Positions 25,421-38,981 of a stretch of 64,000 nucleotides of DNA are shown here, piece by piece. Origin of the DNA: Octopus sinensis. Taxonomy: Eukaryota. The stretch spans positions 14,383,360-14,447,359 of the forward strand of contig NC_043019.1 of NCBI RefSeq assembly GCF_006345805.1, written 5' to 3'. The position numbers and the translations under genes were made by a program. How positions within the stretch are numbered: the stretch's first letter is position 1; every line of letters starts with the position of its first letter. Below the pieces are notes generated by a model that did not search any database, was not told the DNA's origin, and worked only from the letters and a program-made list of their open reading frames with translations.

Positions 25421-26129
25421 TCATCATCATCATCATCATTTAGCGTCCATTTTCCATGCTAGCATGGGTTGGATGGTTCAACTGGGGTCTGGGAAGCCAG
25501 AAGGCTGCACCAGGCCCAGTCTGATCTGGCAGTGTTTCTACGGCTGGATGCCCTTCCTAACGCCAACCACTCCGTGGGTGTAGTGGGTGCTTTTTATGTG
25601 CCATCGGCACGGGGGCCAGGCAAGCTGGCAATGGCCACGATCGGATGGTGCTTTTTACGTGCCACCGGCACGGAGGCCAGTCGGGGTGGCGCTGGCAATG
25701 GACACGGTCGGGTGGTGCTTTTTACGTGCCACTGGCACGGGGGCCAGGCGAGGCTGGCAACGGCCACGATCAGATAGTGCTTTTTTTACGTGCCACCGGC
25801 ACGGGGGCCAGTTGGGGCGGTGCTGGCCACGGCCACTATCGGATGGTATGCTTATATGTCACCGGCACTAGTATCGCAGCTGCAATTTCCATTGATGTTG
25901 ATCGACTTCGATTTTGGTTCTTGATTTCTGATTTGATTTGATTTCATTTGATTTTGATTTTTATTTCCGATTTCCACTTGCCTCAACGGGTCTTCACAAG
26001 TGGAGTTTTGTGTCCCAAGAAGGAAAGGTATGCATAAGTCGACTGGCTACAGCCCAGGTAGAGGCCATGGGTTATGGTCTCACTAGTCCTGCCGAGTCTT
26101 CTCATGCTCAGCATACTTCCATAGGTCTC

Positions 26130-26130
<1 letters not shown>
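25418..26130 (-). mobile_element. RTE 3' UTR-derived repeat with several internal subrepeats
   Basis: (CAT)n terminus; repeated ggtgctttttacgtgccaccggcacgggggcc. Confidence 0.8.
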
Positions 26131-26164
<34 letters not shown>

Positions 26165-26168
26165 TATA

Positions 26169-26190
<22 letters not shown>

Positions 26191-26201
<11 letters not shown>

Positions 26202-26456
26202 TTAGAGACAAAACCACTATTTTGCAAAACAAACAAGGAAAGACTTAATCAATACATAAGATTTTAATAAAAAGTCAAATTTCATAATTTGAAACTGACT
26301 TGAAAATTGGAAGTCCACCTGAAGATTGTCGATCAGGACAAGAAACAATTGTAGTGGCGGTTTTTTTTTTTGACTTTTTATTAAAATCTTATGTATTGAT
26401 TAAGTCTTTCCTTGTTGTTTTGCAAAATAGTGGTTTTGTCTCTAATTAATATTATA
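26191..26456. mobile_element. 266-bp fold-back element with central hammerhead motif
   Basis: Arms 26191-26279 and 26369-26456 differ by one base. Confidence 0.85.
26314..26357 (+). ncRNA. Minimal type I hammerhead ribozyme, intact core
   Basis: CCAC-CUGAAGA-UUGUC(gaucag)GACAA-GAA-ACAAUUGU-A-GUGG; palindromic stem III, GUA triplet. Confidence 0.8.
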
Positions 26457-26534
26457 TAATATTTTACTATAAAATTGGATTTAATCCTAAATCTGATTTT
26501 TTTCCCTGTAAATTTGGATTTATTCCCTAATATT

Positions 26535-26634
<100 letters not shown>

Positions 26635-27003
26635 ATATATCATCATCATCATCATCATCGTTTAACGTCCGCTTTCCATGCTAGCATGGGTTGGACGGTT
26701 CAACTGGGATCTGGGAAGCCAGAAGGCTGCACCAGGCCCCAGTCTGATCTGGCAGTGTTTCTACAGCTGGATGCCCTTCCTAACGCTAAATTCCAAAGCA
26801 AATTGAAAGTAATTCCAACACTGTAACTAAGGTAAAACAATAATTTTGTTTTCTATTTGTAGAAATATTCTTTTATTAATTACTATTAGTACTTTTCCTT
26901 CTTTTCTCTCTTCAAGTTCACCTTTTAAAGAAGCTGATACACTTTCTTGAAGGGTTGCAGAATCTATGTCTCATGGGCCTTATCTCATGGGCCTTATATA
27001 TAT

Positions 27004-27157
<154 letters not shown>

Positions 27158-27370
27158 ATACACACACACATATATATATATGTATATATATACCAGTGGC
27201 GTGCGGTGACTTCCGGGGCTGGGCATGCAATGAATTTCTTTGCACCCCACCCCCACCCGGGGGGCAATTTTTCAGTAAAAAAAATTTTCGAATTCCTACG
27301 ATTTACATATGGGAGATTCTGAATATGCAATCACCCCCGTATGACCTAGAATAAAAAAAAACGTCGCCCT

Positions 27371-27613
27371 GGTACTATTTAAGAAGAGTGGTCCGTTGCG
27401 CGCGCTCGCGCATCCGCGCTGGCTAGTCGTGACTAGTCGATCCTACGACTATCTAACAAAGTAAATAAATTTTTTAAACAAAATATATAAAACACAAAGT
27501 AAATAATGTTTTTAACAAAGTAAATAAAACACAAAGTAAGGATCGACTAGTCACGACTAGCTGGCGTGGATGCTCGAGTGCGCGCACCGGGACCACTCTT
27601 CTTAAATAGTACC
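27371..27613. mobile_element. Empty GGTACT-MITE (243 bp) nested in the hAT
   Basis: Both TIRs, AT-rich acaaagtaaataa spacer, no TSD. Confidence 0.85.
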
Positions 27614-27829
27614 CATGATTTTTAAATTGTTTGCAATACTCATCAAATTTGTTGAAATTCGAAAGTTCCATGAATTTAAACTCTTCTAAGGATGAATATC
27701 GTGCTTTTATTTGGTCAACTATTGTACTTATAATTTTGTTATAAAGCATTTTATAATGATGTTGGGGCTCAATAGATATATTCTTGGATCTCTGAATCCG
27801 ATTCCTGCATCGACTCCATATTTTTCCCC

Positions 27830-28142
27830 CCGGGTTCAGTTCCACTGCGTGGCACCTTGGGCAAGGGTCTTCTACTATAGTCTCGGGCCGACCAAAGCCT
27901 TGTGAGTGGATTTGGTAGACGGAAACTGAAAGAAGCCCGTGGTATATATGTATATATATGCATGTGTGTGTTTGTGCGTCTGTGTTTGTCCCCCTAGCAT
28001 TGCTTGGCAACCGGTGTGTTTATGTCCCCGTTACTTAGCGGTTCGGCAAAATAGACCGATAGAATAAGTCCCAGGGTCGAGTTGCTCGATTAAAGGCGGT
28101 GCTCGAGCATGGCCGCAGTCAAATGACTGAAACAAGTAAAAA
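27830..28142 (+). mobile_element. Family 1 SINE (5'-truncated) nested in the hAT
   Basis: Starts at B-box region gggttcagttccactgc. Confidence 0.8.
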
Positions 28143-29783
28143 AGATTGAAAAATTATCAAGTTTGTTTTCGAGTACAGTTCTAGTTTTATCTATTTGATC
28201 TTTACAATACACTATGTTATGACTTTTACTCTGGAGGATGTTAAATATGAAAAAAGAAAAAATCTCACTGAATACTTCTAAAAAAATAAGAAATCAGGAG
28301 CTTTTAAGTTTGTAAGAATCCAATTGCTGAATTTATGGTGGTATCATCCCATGCTTCAGGATTTTCAATGATGTGTTCAAAAAGGCTGATTATGAAATGA
28401 TAATTTTTACTTTGTGGTAATAATAAGCCGTGAGGCTGTTGCCTTCGGAATCTTTTTTTTAACAATGTTATCTAATGCATTAGCCCTTTTCGGTGTTGGT
28501 CTCCCACCGATATAATTAATTATTTTCCATCGAATTCTCCTTTTGAAAAACTATTTCTCAAAATATCGTTTATAACACATTTCACTCATTTCGTAAAATA
28601 TACGAAAATATACGAACACACGTGGAAGCGCCGGCGTAAATTGTAAGTCAATTTCAAAAAAACAGAAAGATACAGAAAGTGGGTATCATGCGGTCAGCTC
28701 ATAGCATGACATGCCACTGAGAGAAAGAGGAAGGGGGTACAAAATATTATGAACAACCTTTCCTCCTAGCATCTGTTTTATCAATTCACTAAAAGAGAGA
28801 GAGGAAGGAGGGACAAACTAAGAGACAGAGAGGGAGGTCATGCGGGTCGTCCCACAGCATAGCCACTAAAAGAAAGAGGAAGGGGGTAAAAATATTTCAA
28901 ATGCCCTATCCTCTTAGCATGTCTTTTAAACATGAGAGAGAGAGGAAGGAAGGACAAACTGAGACAGAGAGGGAGTGTCTAACATGCTGGTCTTGTCAAT
29001 GCATGACTTCTAAAAGCAGAAGTAGAGTCACTGAGAGGGAAGGGGAGACAAAATACAACTGGACGGATTTTCTTTGAAACAAAGTAACTATTTTATCTAA
29101 TTTTCCGATCATATGGATAAAAAAATCACAGGGCATGCAACGCATACCTTGCATACCTGAGAGTGCACGCCCCTGATATATACACACACACACATATATA
29201 TTTATATATTGTAACTGTAAGTCATGCTATTTATTTCCTGTACACATTATCTAAATTATCTATCATAGTAAAGGTTACTTCAGGCTGAATGAAAGTGCAA
29301 TAGGCCAGATAAGGCCCATGAGACATAGATTCTGCAACCCTTCAAGAAAGTGTATCAGCTTCTTTAAAAGATGAACTTGAAGAGAGAAAAGAAGGAAAAG
29401 TACTAATAGTAATTAATAAAAGAATATTTCTACAAATAGAAAACAAAATTATTGTTTTACCTTAGTTACAGTGTTGGAATTACTTTCAATTTGCTTTGGA
29501 ACGACTGTATCCAATAACCCATCACAAGGGATACCCTTAGTATAGCAAAAGAAAAACAGGTAGATTCATAATGATAGTAACAACAAGCAAAACTTCTAAA
29601 ATCATAGAAGTAATTGATGCTGTCATTTGCCTTGGTATAAAGATAACTTTTATCGGATTTAGCTTATATCCGATTGAATTTGCTTCAGCTTATTTCTGTT
29701 GCTTGTTTTATTGATACTAGAAGAATGAAAAGAAAAAGAGGTAGCTGAAACTAATTACTCCCCATCTATGTTATTATATTTAT

Positions 29784-30172
29784 GTGGAGGCGCAATGGCC
29801 CAGTGGTTAGGGCAGCGGACTCGCAGTCATAGGATCGCGGTTTCGATTCCCAGACCGGGCGATGTGAGTGTTTATTGAGCGAAAACACCTAAAAAAGCTC
29901 CACGAGGCTCCGGCAGAGGATGGTGGTGATCCTTGCTGTACTCTTTCACCACAACTTTCTCTCACTCTTACTTCCTGTTTCTGTTGTACCTGTATTTCAA
30001 GGGGCCGGCCTTGTCACTCTCTGTGTCACGCTGAATATCCCCGAGAACTACGTTAAGGGTGCACGTGTCTGTGGAGTGCTCAGCCACTTACACGTTAATT
30101 TCACGAGCAGGCTGTTCCGTTGATTCGGATCAACCGGAACCCTCATTGTCGTGACCGACGGAGTGCTTCCAC
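29784..30172 (+). mobile_element. tRNA-SINE family 4, tail type B
   Basis: Same head as 17414; TSD attatatttat (29773-29783 / 30173-30183); tail also at 4880-5040 and 37980-38085. Confidence 0.85.
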
Positions 30173-32761
30173 ATTATATTTATACAGCAGTTATCACATT
30201 ATGAATTGCAATCAGAGCTCAACAATAGTCACTGCTGAACTTCCAAAGTAATTAAATAACTAGTAAAAAGTATTACACTAGAAAGTGTATAATATTGATA
30301 ATATTCACAGAATTCTCTATTAAATTATCTTAATTAACTACATGTAGATGTAAAGAGGTTTTGGTTACAGACTAAATAGTAGACATATAAGTGAAAAGAA
30401 TTCAACAAAAGAGATAAAAGCCAAATGAATTGCTAGGTATCAAGACAGAGTGACACTGGTAATCTATGGTAAAGTTTCAGTAATTATATAACAGATATCT
30501 GTTTTTGATACAAGTGACAATTATCACAAATGTCTTTTTCATTTCTGTAAAAACAAGACTTAACATCATCAGTCATTACTTAAATGTACCTCTCATGATG
30601 GGATTCACATCAATATACTTTTGATCTCCTGCTCATTGCTTACTTTGTATTCAATTCTCCTCTTCACAGACAGCAAATGTTCTCCAAATCTTCCTACTTT
30701 TTGCCCACTCTCCATATTCTCTTACAACCAGCAGTTAACAGGACTTCTTGAACTGAACAGACTGGAGGTACATACTATCTTTAGTCATTAAAATCCAACA
30801 AGACTACTCAGTCATACATTGAAACAATGAATTTCCAAATTGGTTTCTCTCCTCACTGAACCCTTCCGTTACTTCTTTTCTCTATAGATACATACCCAAG
30901 ATATTGAACCATGCATTTATTCAAGCAAGTGTTTACAACCCAGTTATCACCTTATAAGCGTGTCTATGATCCAGTCAGATGCTGCTCAGGACTTCTTGTC
31001 CACCTGAATTATCACTGATATGAATTTTGCTAAGCCAGATGCATTGGAAATCTAATCTCCTATGTCACAATATCTTTGATCTTTTTGCCTTTAAGAACTT
31101 TGATAGAAACTAAATTGTTGCTCTTGGAGTATCATAGGGCTCACTCAACCAACTTTTTAGTTTGCTTTCTTCCTCTATCAAAAATATCATCAACAATATA
31201 AAATTCTATTTATCAGTATTTCTCACCAGACATCCATGCTCTCCAATACATCTTGCAATAGAGACTTGACATTAATCTCATTCATACAAATAAATGCTGC
31301 TGGAATTCAGACCAAAACCACTGGACAAGTTAACATTAAATCAGCTGGACAATTCTTTCAACTTTCATCAAATATTCATGGAACCCAGTCCCATCTGGAC
31401 CCCCTCCATCATCTCTTACTTTCCCTGAGACACAAATCCCTCATCTATAGTTCATTGCTCTATAAGCAACACTTTATATTCAAACTTCCTTTCAAAAAGT
31501 GATGTCTAAGGCATATTTAGATTCCATTCACCCACTACAAATCTCAGTAGTTGTACATTCACTATAAATGTTAAACAGGTGGTAATAAGCCACAAAATAA
31601 ATCAACTGCATGAACCATTAGAATTAATGAAGTATTAATGAAGTATTAATGAATAGTCCTCATGTACAATCAACAAAATTCAATTTCTGAATATTCATTC
31701 TTGATCACAATTATATATATTCTTGAATATAAAACAGAGTGGTCAATGAGGATCTGATCAAAGACCTAATTCTTAATGTAAAATTGAAAACTGAAAAGAG
31801 AAATTTTGGCTTGAAACTAAATGATAATATAATGATAAGTAAGGTTAAATTTAAAGGTCAATAGACCATGTCATTCAAAGTAGAATAATAACAGAACGGA
31901 ATGTTAATTCCACCCTTAGTGTATTAACCCTTTCATTACTGAATTTATTTTGAGGTGCTCTGTGTTTCTTTCAATTACTTTAAATATAACAGAGAATTTA
32001 GTAAAATAACTTAGTTATCATTAAGCTAGTGATAGGAACATAAATTGTGACTAAGGTTTGGTGGAAGATTTTAATTCAAAACTTATGAAAACAAGACATT
32101 TGTACACAGAACCAGAGCCGGTTTCAGCCGGGTTGGTAACGAAAGGGTTAAATGGAGATGTCTGCCAATACATGCATCTATCTTATTTCATAACTATGCT
32201 GTTAAAATAGAAATTATATTCAATAATATTTTGGGAAAGGTAACAGGATTGCACATATCATGAATAGCAATCAAAGAACATTGATATAGTTTGCAGGAGT
32301 GGTATAGTTCTTGATACACCTACATTCAAAAACATTTTGCATAATCAATCTTCCCTAACAATGCATCTGCAAAATATCATTCCTTCCTGCTCATATTTTC
32401 CATCTAGTAATTATAGCATTTAACATCATTATAAATTAATATTAACCACACGAGCATCACTCAATTATTGTAGTCTCCTGTGGTAAGAGATCCAAAGATT
32501 GTGATATAAATTAAGGAAGGAACACCAAAATATAGTAAACTATGTATATACATGCCAACATGGGAACCTCTATGTGCACATTCAACCTGACAGAAATAGC
32601 AGAGAAATTTACTTCACTTTCCACCAGCTTAATAAATTGAAAGATTTAGTCCATGATATCAAAGCATTAGAGTATGATGAAACTATTAGTGGCCAATATC
32701 AGCAAATAGAAATACAAAATGTTTAATAAAATAAATATATATGGCATGAGGAAGAAGACAA

Positions 32762-32796
32762 GTCTAACATTTTGGGCTGAACTCTTCATCAGAGAG
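32762..32796 (-). ncRNA. Decayed hammerhead-like motif
   Basis: CUCU-CUGAUGA-A-GAGUUCAGCCC-AAAA-UGUU-AGAC (GAAA mutated). Confidence 0.4.
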
Positions 32797-34376
32797 AGAG
32801 AGAAGAGTTGTTTAATAATCCTAAATACACCAAGTCCAAATTCAAGACATGCTGGACAATTATAGCTTGAATGCCTTTGATCATGGATGTGCACAACCAG
32901 AGATGACAAGGGCCAAAACAAAAACAAAATAACAGTATGTACTGGATACATACATGAAACAAATAACTAATACAGCTTTGAACCATTTAAACACACAAGC
33001 ACAGGGTTTACTTATGTTAAGAGTTTAAATTCTTGTAAGGATATATGTCAGAACTAAGTGGATCATCATAGAAGAATGAATATAAAGGAAGATAACAGGC
33101 TTCAAAACAGGGAGGTAGAAGATTATCATGATACTTATAATGTTGTTGAAGGCTGACCATCATTTCTAACTAATAATATAATTGTTTGTTATTTCTACAA
33201 GGTTAAGTAACCACAAAGAAGTTTCCACAATGATCTGTAATAATACAACTTATTATTTTGGGAGACTTTCTTTATTTAGACAAGACAATGCCTAGCCCCA
33301 TCTTAAGCCCTCTTAATCTATAGATAAGGATAAATAGGTGATTTCAGTGTGGTTAATGTATATTAATAATAATGTTGAAAGCTGACCATCAAATTTAACT
33401 AATGTAACATAATTATGTGTTTAAAAAAGAAATGAAGGTTGCCGACCTTTCAAAATTTTCAAATGGATTTGTAAAATGTACATATGATTATTAGTGACCT
33501 TTAAAAAGGTACTTATTGTACAAAATACATTAGTTTTGATGGGGGACATTAAATATGACTGTCTCTTGAGGCCTATGCTGGCATTTCCCAAACAAACACT
33601 TGTTTTATCCGTTGGGTTTTACTTTACAATTCAAAAAGTCATCATGTATTAGACTAATGGAAAAACTAATCAATACCTTTTATTTATCAATGCAACATTT
33701 ATTGCTAATGGTAGTCATTGTCAATAAAAACCAGAACATGTTTGCATTTGGTTTGTTTACATCCCCATAACGCAGCAGTTCAGCAAACAGAAACTGATAA
33801 GTACTAAATTTACAAAAAATATATCCTGGGGTCGATTTGTTCGACTAAAGGCAGTGCTCCAGCATGGCCGCAGTCAAATGACTGAAACAAATAAAAGAAT
33901 GTATATATGTGTGTGTGTGTTTGTCCCCCCGCCATTGCTTGACAACTGATGTGGGTTTGTTTACATCCCCATAATGCAGCAGTTCAGCAAACAGAAACTG
34001 ATAAATAAGTACTAAGTTTACAAAAAATATATCCTGGGGTCGATTTGTTTGACTAAAGGCAGTGCTCCAGCATGGCCGCAGCCAAATGACTGAAACAAAT
34101 AAGAGAATGTGTGTGTGTGTGTGTGGTGTGTGTGTGTGTGTTGCGTGTGGAGAAACCAACAATATATTTACTTACTGGGTGAAATCTAGTTCTTGGGCAT
34201 TTCTTCATTGTGAAAGTTTCTTACTTAATAACTCGCTGTATTGCGTCTCTTTCCTTCCAAACTACAGTGAAACAGGCCATGCCTGTTAACTGACGGCTAC
34301 TTTTGTCCTCTTAAATGCGGAAGTGACTGATAACTTTTCATCTGAAACATTTTAGTAGGTTTCATTTTTACGCTTT

Positions 34377-35045
34377 TACTCTTTTACTTGTTTCAGTCAT
34401 TTGACTGCGGCCATGCTGGAGCACCGCCTGTATATATTTCTTTACTGCCCACAAGGGGCTAAACATAGAGGAGACAAACAAGGACAGACAAAGGGATTAA
34501 GTCGATTACATCGACCCCAGTGCGAAACTGGTACTTTATTTATCGACCCCGAAAGGATGAAAGGCAAAGTCCACCTCGGCGGAATTTGAACTCAGAACGT
34601 AACAGCAGATGAAATACGGCTACGCATTTCGCCCGGTGTGCTAACATTTCTGCCAGCTCACCACCTGTAGTCGAGCAAATCGACCCCCACGACTTATTCT
34701 TTGTAAGCCTAGTACTTATTCTATCGGTTCTCTTTTGCTGAACAGCGAAGTTACGGGGATGTAAACACACCAGCATTGGTTGTCAAGTGATGTTCGGGGG
34801 CCAAACACAGACACACAAACATATACACACACATACATATACATATATATAAATATATATATACACACACACACACATATATATATATAGTTAATCCAAA
34901 CAAGAAAACAAAAAGAAAACAATGCGAGGATGTGGAACAAATAAAGTATTATTGGGCGCTCAGGAAAGAAGGGAAGAAGGAGGGTATGACGTTTCGAGCG
35001 GAGCTCTTCGTCGGAAACATAGAAGAAAGAAAGATCCCGAGGTGG

Positions 35046-35115
<70 letters not shown>

Positions 35116-35278
35116 GACGGGCTTCTTTCAGTTTCCATCTACCAAATCCACTCACAAGGCTTTGGTCGGCCCGAGGCTATAGTAGAAGACACTTGCCCAA
35201 GGTGCCGCACAATGGGACTGAACCCGGAACCATGTGGTTCGTAAGCAAGCTACTTACCACACAGCCACTCCTTCGCCT
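34377..35278 (-). mobile_element. Family 1 SINE with nested family 2 SINE (34430-34665) and a Penelope-type fragment (34890-35050)
   Basis: SINE consensus interrupted twice. Confidence 0.75.
34984..35020 (-). ncRNA. Variant hammerhead motif (CCGACGA core)
   Basis: GUUU-CCGACGA-A-GAGC(ucc)GCUC-GAA-ACGU-C-AUAC. Confidence 0.5.
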
Positions 35279-35493
35279 AATATTTAATTCTAAAATATAT
35301 AATAGCATTCTTTGAACATTGAATGGCGAGGAGGGTCCATCTGTGTAAAATAGGAATCAAAGGGGTCCATAAGTAAGAGCTGGTTGAGAAATACTGAGTT
35401 AATGGGAGAGGGTGATGCCCGAACAACTTTTCTTGGGATTAGATTTCTGAAAGAATGTTCATAAAAGCTTGTATAGCAAGAGTGACTGACTCA

Positions 35494-36994
35494 AGGCGGT
35501 GTGCTGGCAGAAACGTTAGCATGCCGGACGAAATGCTTAGCGGTATTTCATCTGCAGATACGGTCTGAGTTCAAATTCCGCCGAGGTCGACTTTGCCTTT
35601 CATCTTTTCGGGGTCAATTAAATAAGTACCAGTTACGCACTGGGATCAATATAATCAACTTAATATGTGTGTCTGTCCTTGTTTGTTCTCTCTGTGTTTA
35701 GCCCCTTGTGGGTAGTAAAAAAATAGGTATTTCGTCTGCAGCTACATTCTGAGTTCAAATTCCGCCGAGGTCGACTTTGCCTTTCATCCTTTCGGGGTCA
35801 ATTAAATAAGTACCAGTTACGCACTGGGGTCAATATAATCAACTTAATATGTGTGTCTGTCCTTGTTTGTCCTCTCTGTGGGTAGTAAAGAAATAGGTCT
35901 TTCGTTTACAGCTACATTCTGAGTTCAAATTCCGCCGAGGTCGACTTTGCCTTTCATCCTTTCGGGGTCAATTAAATAAGTACCAGTTACGCACTGGGAT
36001 CAATATAATCAACTTAATATGTGTGTCTGTCCTTGTTTGTTCTCTCTGTGTTTAGCCCCTTGTGGGTAGTAAAAAAATAGGTATTTCGTCTGCAGTTACA
36101 TTCTGAGTTCAAATTCCGCCGAGGTCGACTTTGCCTTTCATCCTTTCGGGGTCAATTAAATAAGTACCAGTTACGCACTGGAGTCGATATAATCAACTTA
36201 ATCTGTGTGTTTGTCCTTGTTTGTCCTCTCCGTGTTTAGCCCCTTGTGGGTATAAAGAAATAGGTCTTTCGTCTGCAGCTACATTCTGAGTTCAAATTCT
36301 GCCGAGGTCGACTTTGCCTTTCATCCTTTTGGGGTCAATTAAATAAGTACCAGTTACGCACTGGGATCAATATAATCAACTTAATCTGTGTGTTTGTCCT
36401 TGTTTGTCCTCTCCGTGTTTAGCCCCTTGTGGGTATAAAGAAATAGGTCTTTCGTTTACAGCTACATTCTGAGTTCAAATTCCGCGAGGTCGACTTTGCC
36501 TTTCATCCTTTCGGGGTCAATTAAATAAGTACAGTTACGCACTGGGGTCGATATAATCAACTTAATCTGTGTGTTTGTCCTTGTTTGTCCTCTCCGTGTT
36601 TAGCCCCTTGTGGGTAGTAAAGAAATAGGTCTTTCGTCTGCAGCTACATTCTGAGTTCAAATTCCGCCGAGGTCGACTTTGCCTTTCATCCTTTTGGGGT
36701 CAATTAAATAAGTACCAGTTACGCACTGGGATCAATATAATCAACTTAATCTGTGTGTTTGTCCTTGTTTGTCCTCTCCGTGTTTAGCCCCTTGTGGGTA
36801 GTAAAGAAATAGGTCTTTCGTTTACAGCTACATTCTGAGTTCAAATTCCGCCGAGGTCGACTTTGCCTTTCATCCTTTCGGGGTCAATTAAATAAGTACC
36901 AGTTACGCACTGGGGTCGATATAATCAACTTAATCTGTGTGTTTGTCCTTGTTTGTCCTCTCCGTGTTTAGCCCCTTGTGGGTAGTAAAGAAAT
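35494..36994 (+). repeat. Tandem array (8 units of ~180 bp) of family 2 SINE
   Basis: One head at 35494-35540; ctgagttcaaattc recurs near 35565, 35748, 35917, 36100, 36285, 36467, 36649, 36834. Confidence 0.95.
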
Positions 36995-38297
36995 AAGGTT
37001 GACTAACTGGTTGTTGAAAAACAAAACTAGAAAGAGAGAAGTAGAACTATACAATGAATCAACAAAAGAAAGCAGCTGAACATACAAGATCACAGATGGT
37101 GGTGTAATTTCAAATTGCATGCTTATCTGAAAAAATTGATCCTTCTTCCTGTGTTGAACTGTATTGAAACTATTTGTGGGGAAGAAATAGAATGTGTGTT
37201 TTTCTGAAAATAACCCCTCCTTCCTTTACTTGATCTTTATATATACATTCCACCTCCACAATGTTATATTGTTACACGGATTCATCGTTGCACATCAGTG
37301 CACATGTCTACAATAAACTAAAGTAACCTGAGAGGAAAATCAACATTCTCATAATCACATGGTTTTGTCTTCCCCAGACCGAAACCATTGGCGCTTTGTG
37401 ATTGAATTACTTTGCTGAAGGAACACTCAGACAGTTCAATAACCAATCAGAGAAGCAGATGCAGAACAATTTAAATTAATCCACAGGACATTTGTAAAGC
37501 TTCAACATGTATTTTCCCCAACTACCCCCTTCAACAACAAAAACTGCTACAGCAACAATAGCAGCAGCAGCAGCAGCAACAACAACAACAACAACAACAT
37601 GAGTGGAGACACAATGGCCCAGTGGTTAGGGCAGCGGACTCACGGCGGTCATAAGAACACAGTTTCGATTCCCAGACCAGGCATTGTGAGTGTTTACTGA
37701 GCAACAAAAGCACCCAAGCTCCACGAGGTTCCGGCGGGTGGGGGAGGATGAACCCCCGCTGTACTCTTTTGCCACAAGAAGAAGAAGAAGAAGAAGAAGA
37801 AGAAGACATGACCAGCAGCCACAGTCACTCCTCAATCCTGGCCTCAATTAATGACCCTTTAAATTCCACAATTAGCAGCCCTTCACATTCCTCATTCCTC
37901 TCCAAATGCCACAATTAATCTATTGTCATTATTGCTATCTTTCTCTACTGCTGCTACTATAACTAAGGAGCACTCCATCAGTTATGATGACGAGGGCCCC
38001 AACTGATGCGATCAACGGAACAGCTTACTCGTGAAATTAATGTGCAAGCGGCTGAGCACACCACAGACGCGTGTACCCTTAACAGGTACTACTGTAAAGT
38101 GTCTTGCTCAAGGACACAACCTGTCACTGGGAATTGAACTCACGACTTTACAATCATGAACCAAATGCCCTAACCACCAAGACACATGCTTTCACACTAC
38201 AGCTAAACTAGACAATCAAGAACCATGGCCACTCCTCTAGACTAGCACAATTGATTCTTTACAAACGTGTCGATAGCAGAACATATCACTAGGATAT

Positions 38298-38472
38298 GAA
38301 GTTATATCCTCCAAATGATTCTGTAAACTACGAAAGAAATGGTAGTCTGAAGGAGCAAGGTCAGGAGAATAAGGTGGATGAGGAATTTTTTCCCAACCAA
38401 GCTCTTTGATCTTCTGTGATGTGATCTTTGCAGTGTGGGTCATGCATTGTCCTGATGAAACATCACTCCTTT
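38298..38472 (-). pseudogene. Mariner transposase fragment (duplicate of 40374-40548)
   Basis: PHPPYSPDLAPSDYHFF. Confidence 0.85.
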
Positions 38473-38507
38473 TAATAGATAGATAGATTGATTGAGATAG
38501 ATAGATA

Positions 38508-38830
38508 TGTTTCTTTAATAGTCACACAGGGCTGCACACTGACAGGACAAATTACAAGGTAGAGCTTTTCTTTTGGGGGTAAAAAAAGGCGGTTTGGTTT
38601 TCGATCAAAAGGGATTGTAAAAGGAAAGAAAGAGGACAAAAAAGGGGGGGATAAAATTTACAAAAAAGGGAGGGGGGTTGATCAATAGGGATCGTTATAA
38701 AAGAAATGTCAACATGAAGTGTAAAGGGGAGGACAGGTGAGGTTTACCCGTGGAAAGAAAAGCCTACGGAAAAGACCACGGTAACCTCGGTCAATGAAGT
38801 CACATGTTATATTCTTTTTTCTTTTTTTTT
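38508..38830 (-). mobile_element. 3' UTR fragment of an L1/Tx1-like LINE
   Basis: Terminus tttctttaatagtcacacagggct resembles the tail at 60695-60720. Confidence 0.45.
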
Positions 38831-38949
38831 TGCAAATAAGCAACTCTCTGTATTAATTTTTACGATTCATAGAATCATAGTCAAGGTGGCTTCGTCATTC
38901 ATATGTGCCATCCTTGCTACATTCACCCATCTTTTTTTAAAACATTCAC

Positions 38950-38981
<32 letters not shown>

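Larger units (their letters stand above)
27194..29175 (-). mobile_element. hAT deletion derivative with transposase remnants
   Basis: Termini CAGTGGCGTGC / GCACGCCCCTG, 8-bp TSD atatatac (in a microsatellite); minus-strand remnants LYNKIISTIVDQIKARYSSLEEFKFMEL (27614-27810) and LFEHIIENPEAWDDTTINSAIGFL...ILQSKSHNIVYCK (28150-28620); ~150-bp subterminal repeats 28686-28975. Confidence 0.75.

Noticed and set aside
24522-25583. Long YI/CV/HT-rich ORFs (also 13728-14092, 26966-27330, 43289-44274, 52154-52372)
   Set aside because: Translations of TA/CA/TG microsatellites
29460-29720. Minus-strand exon (acceptor ~29717, donor ~29460) as first coding exon of the glycosyltransferase
   Set aside because: Stops in all frames; the hydrophobic ORF ends before the donor
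30200-33700. Hidden host exons in the long AT-rich unique stretch
   Set aside because: No ORF with recognisable motifs; weak LINE-like traces at 30560-31500 too decayed to call
35494-36994. CRISPR-like or tRNA-gene array
   Set aside because: No unique spacers; units are SINE bodies; eukaryotic context
37531-37847. Poly-Cys/poly-Leu/poly-Ser ORFs (also 58395-58592, 59366-59722, 60492-60803)
   Set aside because: (CAG/CAA)n, (GAA)n and (AAT)n repeats plus SINE sequence
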